Shown in pieces: positions 9,021 to 14,577 of a DNA stretch of 64,000 nucleotides. Below the pieces are notes generated by a model. That model had not been told where the DNA came from and made no database searches. It saw only the letters and a program-made list of their open reading frames with translations. The first letter of the stretch is position 1, and every line of letters starts with the position of its first letter. Position numbers and translations under genes: made by a program. The stretch lies in IMG/VR virus record IMGVR_UViG_3300027759_000046, positions 124,001 to 188,000 of that record; one strand, written 5' to 3'.

Positions 9021-9692
9021 TTAATGTGATTTTTTAGATTTTACAATCTCATCAATGATTCCGTATTTCACGGCTTCTTCGGCATTAAGCCAAAAATCAC
9101 GAGTCGCATCCTTCTTTACCTGGTCAGGTTTTTTACCACAGTACTTACCAAGCAACACAAAGAGTTCGTGATTGACCTTTTGCCATTCTGCCCAATCAAC
9201 TTCTGCATCCTGGATATTTCCGCTGAAACCGCCTGATGATTGATGTAACATTGTAGTTGAATGTTTCAAGGAACTACGCTTGCCCTTTGCACCTGCTCCC
9301 AATAAGACGGATCCCATTGATGCAGCCATGCCAGTATTAACTGTTCGAATATCAGCGTTGATGTAGTCCATCACATCGACCATAGAAAGACCGGATTTTA
9401 CTGATCCACCTGGAGAATCAATGTGCATTGTAATATCTTGCCCATCAACTGAGTCCAAGAACATTAACTGGGCCTGCACGATAGTTGACATGTAATCGTT
9501 TACTGGACCAGCGACCCACAAGATGCGGTCACGCATTAACCTGGAGAAGATGTCCATTTGAGTAACTCGCATTTCACGCTCTTCTAAAATATAAGGTGTC
9601 ATAGACGCCTCAACTTGCTGATTATAGTAATGCAGCTTCAATGACGACACTCCGTGCTCGCTCATTGCGTACTTTTTAAATTCATTTTGCAT
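9021..9692 (-). CDS. clpP: ATP-dependent Clp protease proteolytic subunit
   Basis: DIFSRL, INSPGG-like IDSPGG, GMAASMG (Ser), MLHQ (His), RDFW (Asp). Confidence 0.95.
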   Translation of the reverse strand: MQNEFKKYAMSEHGVSSLKLHYYNQQVEASMTPYILEEREMRVTQMDIFSRLMRDRILWVAGPVNDYMSTIVQAQLMFLDSVDGQDITMHIDSPGGSVKSGLSMVDVMDYINADIRTVNTGMAASMGSVLLGAGAKGKRSSLKHSTTMLHQSSGGFSGNIQDAEVDWAEWQKVNHELFVLLGKYCGKKPDQVKKDATRDFWLNAEEAVKYGIIDEIVKSKKSH

Positions 9693-9707
9693 AGAGCTAT
9701 TATACTA

Positions 9708-9739
9708 AAAAAGCGGATCAACTAGGTCAATCCGCTTTT
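9708..9739. terminator. Bidirectional intrinsic terminator
   Basis: AAAAGCGGAT-N11-ATCCGCTTTT. Confidence 0.75.
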
Positions 9740-9762
9740 AAAATATTAACTAAGTAGTTCTA

Positions 9763-11100
9763 TTATGAAACTACTTTAGTGTAAGTACAGCCGTTAATCA
9801 CGAATGTGTAAGTACCGCTTCTTAAAACACCTACAGTAATTACTAAGCAACCGTTTTCGTCATACGAGATTGCATAGTCTACTCCTAGAGTCAGCTGACC
9901 GTCTAGATCAGTTACAGTTAACGTCAGTAATTCCGGTTCGGTTATGCAAATAGCGGAGAACGATTTATTTCCGCTATTCAACTCAATGATTATCTCTGGA
10001 CAGCAAGTCCAAACTCCTTCAACTAGGCTACATGCGTCGCCTTTCGTAACCACTAAATTGTTGTTAAGTATTTCAGAGTTTTCAGTGTCATAGCTTCTAG
10101 CACAGATCTGAGCAGAACCGTTTATTCCGTTACGTCTTCCTGGAATCTGTACTTCAACTGGCTCGCCGTTACAATTAGTGTAGCTTAAAGGTAATTGGTC
10201 AGGCGTTATATTCTCAATAGTGTAACAGTCACAATCATTGGCACCAGTCGTTGTAGTCGTCGTTGCGGCGGCAGTAGTTGTCGTAGTAGTTGGAGCGGCA
10301 GTAGTTGTCGTAGTTGCAGCTGCTCTAGTTGTTGTAGTTGTAGTTGGAGCTGCTGTCGTAGTCGTCGTTGCGGCGGCAGTAGTTGTCGTTGTCGTTGGAG
10401 CTGCAGTCGTTGTCGTTGTAGTTCCACCGCCTCCGCAACCAGTAAGATAATCATTTATGATTGCAACTGAGTTATTTGAGCACCAATTGCGAGCATTGGT
10501 TTCAAACTGAGATGCAGTTGACGCGCCGCCTAGTGCTCTGTCAAACGCTGGATAGGCATCGCTTGCAAGTAATAGATTATCAGAAATGTACTGTACCAGC
10601 TCAACCAACAGCATTGATATCTGGTTTCCTGATTTACCTGCAAAGTTTTGAGTCTTAAAGAATCTAGGTTCTCGACCATCATCTCCGTAAACTACGTGAC
10701 CATATCCAGGAGTTGCTCCTTCTTGGTGGAAAGGATTCCAGACATAAGCCGCCGAAAGATCTTCAAGCGACTCATTTGGCCCAGTTCGACCAAGCGCAAC
10801 AATCCAACGCTCATTACCGTCTTCACAAATTGATGGGCTCATCCACATGTGACTTGAACCTTCCGCTCCAACTAGGGCGCCAACTCCATCAATTAGACCG
10901 GCTTCCCATGGGCCTTCAGTTGGCTGTGCAATTAATATTGCTCCACGGCCTTCAGTAAAACCAGGATCTGCACTTACGTGAGGTCCATCTAATGGTCCAA
11001 CTGCGACTGTTCCTGGATGATAAACTCCTGAACCTAGATCGTAATTGTTTGGGCCTAAGTGCCATACTACAGGTACTTTATATCCTAATGCTAATTCCAT
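9763..11100 (-). CDS. Thr-rich putative virion surface protein
   Basis: Globular N-domain, ~60-aa T/A/P repeat linker, Cys-rich C-domain. Confidence 0.75.
   Translation of the reverse strand: MELALGYKVPVVWHLGPNNYDLGSGVYHPGTVAVGPLDGPHVSADPGFTEGRGAILIAQPTEGPWEAGLIDGVGALVGAEGSSHMWMSPSICEDGNERWIVALGRTGPNESLEDLSAAYVWNPFHQEGATPGYGHVVYGDDGREPRFFKTQNFAGKSGNQISMLLVELVQYISDNLLLASDAYPAFDRALGGASTASQFETNARNWCSNNSVAIINDYLTGCGGGGTTTTTTAAPTTTTTTAAATTTTTAAPTTTTTTRAAATTTTTAAPTTTTTTAAATTTTTTGANDCDCYTIENITPDQLPLSYTNCNGEPVEVQIPGRRNGINGSAQICARSYDTENSEILNNNLVVTKGDACSLVEGVWTCCPEIIIELNSGNKSFSAICITEPELLTLTVTDLDGQLTLGVDYAISYDENGCLVITVGVLRSGTYTFVINGCTYTKVVS
10250..10425 (-). repeat. Coding tandem repeat (T5-6-AAP/AAA) x7
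   Basis: Repeated gtagttgtcgt/gcggcggca units; the overlapping alternative-frame ORFs arise from it. Confidence 0.9.
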
Positions 11101-11155
11101 TTATAGTTAATTATTTTTTAGTGTTTGTATAATTTATCATAGCTTATTTATTTAT

Positions 11156-11284
11156 TTAGCAATCGTACCACGGATAATCCGAAGGAAGTAAATCATCGAA
11201 GCCAACTCCACCGCTTGTAATAAATTGCTCTGTGTCTGGAATTGCTGTTCCGGGATTGTATGCAAATGCTTTTGATATAGCTAT
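11156..11284 (-). pseudogene. Remnant of the AYNP-type virion-protein N-module
   Basis: Reads IAISKAFAYNPGTAIPDTEQFITSGG...WYDC* from ATA; resembles the N-terminus of 6209-7300; late promoter GATAAATAAC still present at 11304-11313. Confidence 0.55.
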
Positions 11285-11333
11285 CTAGATAAACTTATTT
11301 AGAGTTATTTATCAGAAGGTATGAAGGAGATAG

Positions 11334-11407
11334 TGGACCATTCAGGGCTCGAACCTGAGACCTTCGCATTATGAGTGCGCTGCTCTAACCAACTGAGCTA
11401 AAGGTCC
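11334..11407 (-). tRNA. tRNA-Ile2(CAT) (or Met)
   Basis: GGACCTT TAGCTCAGTTGGTTAGAGC; loop CTCATAA; body resembles lysidine-type Ile2. Confidence 0.85.
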
Positions 11408-11408
11408 T

Positions 11409-11493
11409 TGGTGGGAGTAGGTGGACTCGAACCACCGAACTCAGAAGAGGAGGGATTTACAGTCCCTTGCAATTGCCGCTATGCGATACTCCC
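11409..11493 (-). tRNA. tRNA-Tyr(GTA)
   Basis: AGGGA CTGTAAA TCCCT; long variable arm; CCA encoded. Confidence 0.95.
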
Positions 11494-11503
11494 AAATTAA
11501 AAT

Positions 11504-11578
11504 TGGCTGGGCGTCCAGGATTCGAACCTGGGACCGCTCGATTAACAGTCGAGAGCTCTACCGCTGAGCTAACACCCA
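11504..11578 (-). tRNA. tRNA-Asn(GTT)
   Basis: CTCGA CTGTTAA TCGAG; CCA encoded. Confidence 0.95.
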
Positions 11579-11585
11579 ATAAAAT

Positions 11586-11685
11586 AAAAGAACCTCGACC
11601 ACCATTTCAGCGCAAGCGCGTGCTTTCAACCTGGCATGAACGTTACGTCCAGATTGGTGGAGTCAGCCTCTACTAAGGTTCTTTT
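11586..11685 (-). ncRNA. Structured inter-tRNA RNA (10-bp closing stem, three-way junction)
   Basis: AAAAGAACCT/AGGTTCTTTT, CCACCA/TGGTGG, ATCTGG/CCAGGT. Confidence 0.5.
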
Positions 11686-11686
11686 G

Positions 11687-11760
11687 TCGGGGTGGCAGGA
11701 TTCGAACCTACGACCTCCACATCCCAAATGTGGCGCGATACCTGGCTACGCTACACCCCG
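11687..11760 (-). tRNA. tRNA-Pro(TGG)
   Basis: CCACA TTTGGGA TGTGG. Confidence 0.95.
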
Positions 11761-11765
11761 AAATT

Positions 11766-11841
11766 TGATACGCTTTCGCCACCTGTATGACGTATCACCG
11801 ATGCTTAAGGTCAGCCTTAACCATTAAGGGAGCCACAGGTT
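11766..11841 (-). ncRNA. Structured inter-tRNA RNA, possible pseudoknot, motif ATACGTCATAC
   Basis: ACCTGT/ACAGGT interleaved with GATACG/CGTATC; shares an 11-mer with 12242-12312. Confidence 0.5.
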
Positions 11842-11842
11842 G

Positions 11843-11915
11843 AGCGGATGGCGAGAATCGAACTCGCATCTCCAGCTTGGAAGGCTGGAGTAATAAGCCA
11901 TTATACGACATCCGC
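11843..11915 (-). tRNA. tRNA-Gly(TCC)
   Basis: CCAGC CTTCCAA GCTGG. Confidence 0.95.
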
Positions 11916-11919
11916 TTAT

Positions 11920-11995
11920 TGGAGCGGGAGACCGGGTTCGAACCGGCGACCTCAACCTTGGCAAGGTTGCGCTCTACCAACTGAGCTACTCCCGC
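11920..11995 (-). tRNA. tRNA-Gly(GCC)
   Basis: CAACC TTGCCAA GGTTG; CCA encoded. Confidence 0.95.
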
Positions 11996-11997
11996 AA

Positions 11998-12162
11998 GTG
12001 GGTGGGATCAGACGCGTTCTGCCCACCGGGACCTCGTCGTTAGCTTTCGCCAGAGCGTACCGAGACACTATCTAAATTTGACTTGAGGTAGTCACGGCCG
12101 CCTCTGATCCTCTCAAGTCTATTTCGTATCGTGGCAAAATGCGGCTCGACCCTGATACGCTG
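11998..12162 (-). ncRNA. Multi-hairpin inter-tRNA RNA
   Basis: CGTATC/GATACG, GACTTGAG/CTCAAGTC, TGGC-GAAA-GCTA, GGTGGG/CCCACC. Confidence 0.45.
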
Positions 12163-12164
12163 TG

Positions 12165-12237
12165 AGCCTCCTGCCGGGATCGAACCAGCGACCTACTGAT
12201 TACAAATCAGTTGCTCTACCATCTGAGCTAAGGAGGC
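12165..12237 (-). tRNA. tRNA-Thr(TGT)
   Basis: ACTGA TTTGTAA TCAGT. Confidence 0.95.
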
Positions 12238-12241
12238 AATT

Positions 12242-12312
12242 AAAATAGAGTATGACGTATGCCGAGTTATGGTGTTAGTGTGTCACCTCACTCAAACGGT
12301 TCTCTCTACTTT
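12242..12312 (-). ncRNA. Hairpin RNA with ATACGTCATAC internal loop
   Basis: AAAGTAGAG/CTCTATTTT, CCG/CGG, GAGT/ACTC, GGTG/CACC. Confidence 0.5.
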
Positions 12313-12313
12313 G

Positions 12314-12387
12314 TGGAGAATAACGGATTCGAACCGTTGACCCCCTGCGTGCAAGGCAGGTGCTCTAGCCAGCTGAGCTAATTCCCC
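12314..12387 (-). tRNA. tRNA-Ala(TGC)
   Basis: CCTGC CTTGCAC GCAGG; G3-U70. Confidence 0.95.
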
Positions 12388-12390
12388 ATT

Positions 12391-12532
12391 TAAGAACAAC
12401 TTTGGAGTACCCGTCTCGCTCCAATCTTAACAGCTTCATCAGAGTTTTCTCTGGGCCCAGGCTGAGGGTGGTGAACTCTTGATCCGACCGTGATTGTCGA
12501 CATCACATTGGCCGGAGAGACAGTTGTTCTTA
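12391..12532 (-). ncRNA. Multibranch structured RNA with 11-bp closing stem
   Basis: TAAGAACAACT/AGTTGTTCTTA; inner GTGAT/ATCAC, AGAGTT/AACTCT, TTGGAG/CTCCAA. Confidence 0.55.
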
Positions 12533-12533
12533 G

Positions 12534-12605
12534 TAGCCCGTACGAGAATCGAACTCGTATTTCACCCGTGAAAGGGGCGTGTCCTAACCGTTAGACGAAC
12601 GGGCC
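12534..12605 (-). tRNA. tRNA-Glu(TTC)
   Basis: CGCCC CTTTCAC GGGTG. Confidence 0.95.
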
Positions 12606-12609
12606 AAAT

Positions 12610-12735
12610 AAAACCATAACAACTACTCTTATCCCTACTGTTATTCACAAGCCCTAATTTGTGTCAGGAGATTCGAACTCCATCCCTAGTTGTCAAGTAC
12701 ATCTTTAGAGCATTTGATGCTTCCTCTATGGCTTT
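12610..12735 (-). ncRNA. T-arm-containing structured RNA
   Basis: Ends pair (AAAGCCATA/TATGGTTTT); GACAACTA/TAGTTGTT encloses GGAG TTCGAAT CTCC and CACAA/TTGTG. Confidence 0.55.
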
Positions 12736-12736
12736 G

Positions 12737-12808
12737 CGGTCCCACCGGGAATCGAACCCGGCACTTCGCCGTGACAGGGCGATATTATAGCCGATTAACT
12801 ACAGGACC
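12737..12808 (-). tRNA. tRNA-Asp(GTC)
   Basis: TCGCC CTGTCAC GGCGA. Confidence 0.95.
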
Positions 12809-12811
12809 GTT

Positions 12812-12915
12812 TCTCTCCAGTTCACTCCTACCCTGTGGGTATACCGTGACGGGTTGTTTATCCATGCAAATCTACCTGAAGAGCAATTTGGTTTGCGCTC
12901 GACGTGCATGGATCC
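12812..12915 (-). ncRNA. Hairpin-rich spacer RNA
   Basis: ATCCATGCA/TGCATGGAT 9-bp stem enclosing GAGC/GCTC; TACCC-ACA-GGGTA. Confidence 0.4.
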
Positions 12916-12917
12916 GG

Positions 12918-13025
12918 GTGATTAGAGCCGGACTCGAACCGGATACCGTGCTGGACGGAATAGACAACCTTACCTCTTTCGAGTTGGGGACTCGGGCACC
13001 ATCCCTCATTACGCCCATCTAATCA
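12918..13025 (-). ncRNA. 108-nt tRNA-shaped RNA with non-canonical anticodon region
   Basis: TGATTAGA/TCTAATCA acceptor, GGGCG/TGCCC D-like arm, CCGG TTCGAGT CCGG T arm, CCGT/ACGG variable hairpin, ~20 extra nt. Confidence 0.6.
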
Positions 13026-13026
13026 T

Positions 13027-13104
13027 TGGTAGCGGGGGCCGGATTCGAACCGGCGATCTCTAGGTTATGAGCCTAGCGGGCTGACCAACTGCCACCACCC
13101 CGCG
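13027..13104 (-). tRNA. tRNA-fMet-like (CAT)
   Basis: CGCGGGG...CCCCGCT-A-CCA with unpaired C1:U72; CTAGG CTCATAA CCTAG. Confidence 0.9.
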
Positions 13105-13117
13105 ATATATTTTTGCG

Positions 13118-13188
13118 TTGTCCCGCAAGGATTCGAACCTCGATTCTCTGGACCAAAACCAGATGTGCTGCCATTACACCACAGGACA
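13118..13188 (-). tRNA. tRNA-Gln(TTG)
   Basis: TCTGG TTTTGGT CCAGA. Confidence 0.95.
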
Positions 13189-13200
13189 ATTTAGTATTTC

Positions 13201-13217
13201 CAACATGTCAAAGAACC
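13201..13217 (-). promoter_or_regulatory. boxA-like antitermination site GGTTCTTTGACATGTTG
   Basis: Resembles rRNA-operon boxA (E. coli TGCTCTTTAACA; GTTCTTTGACA form in other phyla); lies inside the tRNA array in sense orientation. Confidence 0.5.
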
Positions 13218-13259
13218 TAACTCTCTAAGTATAGACTAATATACTATAGTTTAGAGCTT

Positions 13260-13333
13260 TGGCACGAGTGGAGAGATTCGAACTCCCATCAACGGTTTTG
13301 GAGACCGGCATGCTACCATTGCACCACACACGT
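13260..13333 (-). tRNA. tRNA-Trp(CCA)
   Basis: CCGGT CTCCAAA ACCGT; CCA end encoded. Confidence 0.9.
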
Positions 13334-13341
13334 GTATTTTT

Positions 13342-13419
13342 TGGTTGCGGGACCCGGACTCGAACCGGGAACTTCAGCTTATGAGACTGACGAGATGACC
13401 ACTTTCTACGCATCCCGCA
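13342..13419 (-). tRNA. tRNA-Met(CAT)
   Basis: TGCGGGA/TCCCGCA fully paired; TCAGT CTCATAA GCTGA; CCA encoded. Confidence 0.9.
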
Positions 13420-13424
13420 ATGTT

Positions 13425-13501
13425 TGGTTGGAATAATAGGACTCGAACCTATAACCTTTCGCGTATCAGGCGAGCGCTCTAACCAATTGAGCTATATTCC
13501 A
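13425..13501 (-). tRNA. tRNA-Ile(GAT)
   Basis: TCGC CTGATAC GCGA; CCA encoded. Confidence 0.9.
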
Positions 13502-13506
13502 GTATG

Positions 13507-13580
13507 TGTCCCCGACAGGACTCGAACCTGTGACTCCCTCATTAAAAGTGAGGTGCTCTAACCAACTGAGCTACGAAGAC
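13507..13580 (-). tRNA. tRNA-Lys(TTT)
   Basis: CCTCA CTTTTAA TGAGG. Confidence 0.95.
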
Positions 13581-13659
13581 ATATTGTTTTGCCTGTAACC
13601 CATATTGGTTAGCAGGTCTTTATCGTTTTCGTTTCATATCTTTATACATTTTTTTTCTG

Positions 13660-13732
13660 TGGTGAGGGGCGGGATCGAACCGCCGACACCAGGATTTTCA
13701 GTCCTGTGCTCTACCTTCTGAGCTACCTCACC
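13660..13732 (-). tRNA. tRNA-Phe(GAA)
   Basis: CAGGA CTGAAAA TCCTG; first tRNA of the array in transcription order. Confidence 0.95.
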
Positions 13733-13737
13733 CTGCT

Positions 13738-13773
13738 AAAACAAAAAACCTCGAATTTTTTAGGTTCGAGGTT
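13738..13773 (-). terminator. Intrinsic terminator immediately 5' of the tRNA array
   Basis: AACCTCGAA-N9-TTCGAGGTT followed by TTTTGTTTT, ending ~5 nt before tRNA-Phe. Confidence 0.85.
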
Positions 13774-13797
13774 CTGTGTTTCATAGTTAATATTTCC

Positions 13798-13929
13798 TTA
13801 ACTTAATCCGCTTGAACCTCGCAATACCCCAAAATCTTTAATCGTCTCCATTGCATTCACAGTAGCTGTGCCTGCCGGATACTGATTCCAGTTCTGAGAA
13901 ATTTTTGATATGTTCGCGTAGTTTTGCAC
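13798..13929 (-). CDS. Putative 43-aa leader peptide (MQNYANISKISQNWNQYPAGTATVNAMETIKDFGVLRGSSGLS)
   Basis: GTG start after A-rich AAAAAACTTAAAAC; its 3' codons contain CGAGGTTC (13814-13821), complementary to the terminator 5' arm. Confidence 0.6.
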   Translation of the reverse strand: MQNYANISKISQNWNQYPAGTATVNAMETIKDFGVLRGSSGLS

Positions 13930-13948
13930 GTTTTAAGTTTTTTGTTTA

Positions 13949-13991
13949 GTTATTTATAAATCTATTATACCAACTTTTTGAAAAAAGGTTT
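13949..13991 (-). promoter_or_regulatory. Tandem promoters for the tRNA operon: class II (AAACC-N17-TATAAT) and T4-late-like TATAAATA
   Basis: TATAAT at 13964-13969; TATAAATAAC at 13949-13958. Confidence 0.65.
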
Positions 13992-14577
13992 AGCTATTTT
14001 TTTCAATGATGTAAATTACATCAGAATAAATTTGTTCCATGTCTAATTCGCTTGCTCCCAAATGTTCAAGTGAAAATCCGTGATCTGGTACCAATTCATT
14101 GAATTCTCTAGACGGTCCACTACGCTCAAAAAATTCGCCATGGACCATGATTTCGCCAGATCTTAGAATTTCAAGCCTGAGTTGTGCATAAATTTGCTCC
14201 CAGTTGTATTCCATTTGTTGACGGCATGCATCTTCGTATTCGTAATCAGTCATTTGACCGTCTTCATTGTCGATTAGACTCTCTTGACCAAGCATCTCAA
14301 TTGCATCAGCTTGCGAACCTGTACTCAATACTTCTTCGTCAAACGTAGTTGAAAACCAATTCGCTAAATCGTAATCGTAATCAAAACCAGATTGAGCAGA
14401 CGTCAACAAGTCATCTTGTGATATCCAGATTGAAGACTCGCCGCTCTCTTGTGCAAGCTTAGCAGCTCGATGCGTTAGTCTAACTAGATCAGACGTCAAT
14501 CCCAAATCAGCAAGACGCCCTAGTCGATCTTCGTTTTCGGTTATGAATTCGTTAAATCTTTTAAGGGACCTCTTCAT
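13990..14577 (-). CDS. Acidic protein with capsid-targeting-like N-terminus and RLxxLGL tag
   Basis: MKRSLKRFNEFITE-NEDRLGRLADLGL. Confidence 0.75.
   Translation of the reverse strand: MKRSLKRFNEFITENEDRLGRLADLGLTSDLVRLTHRAAKLAQESGESSIWISQDDLLTSAQSGFDYDYDLANWFSTTFDEEVLSTGSQADAIEMLGQESLIDNEDGQMTDYEYEDACRQQMEYNWEQIYAQLRLEILRSGEIMVHGEFFERSGPSREFNELVPDHGFSLEHLGASELDMEQIYSDVIYIIEKNS

Noticed and set aside
10195-10470. Three overlapping low-complexity ORFs (poly-Val, poly-Gln, Ser/Cys)
   Set aside because: Alternative readings of the Thr-repeat DNA
12151-12160. 10-nt perfect complement to the tRNA-Ile(GAT) anticodon arm (13461-13470)
   Set aside because: Given about 20 tRNAs and about 900 nt of spacer, a 10-nt match is not clearly above chance, and the segment is already paired locally
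12391-12532. Hammerhead ribozyme suggested by CTGATGA
   Set aside because: No GAAA core (GAGAC instead) and no UH cleavage triplet adjacent to stem I
12682-12691. Minus-strand near-match ACTAGGGATG to the polar motif
   Set aside because: 8 of 10 match only, far outside the cluster, and part of an RNA helix
11467-13413. ORFs in the track across the tRNA array
   Set aside because: They run through tRNA genes and are spurious
11334-13732. Theta/HDV-like ribozymes at tRNA 3' ends
   Set aside because: The trailers checked lack the P1-P2-P3-P1-P1.1 order; the 11766-11841 pseudoknot leaves no room for P3/L3. A cmsearch would settle this
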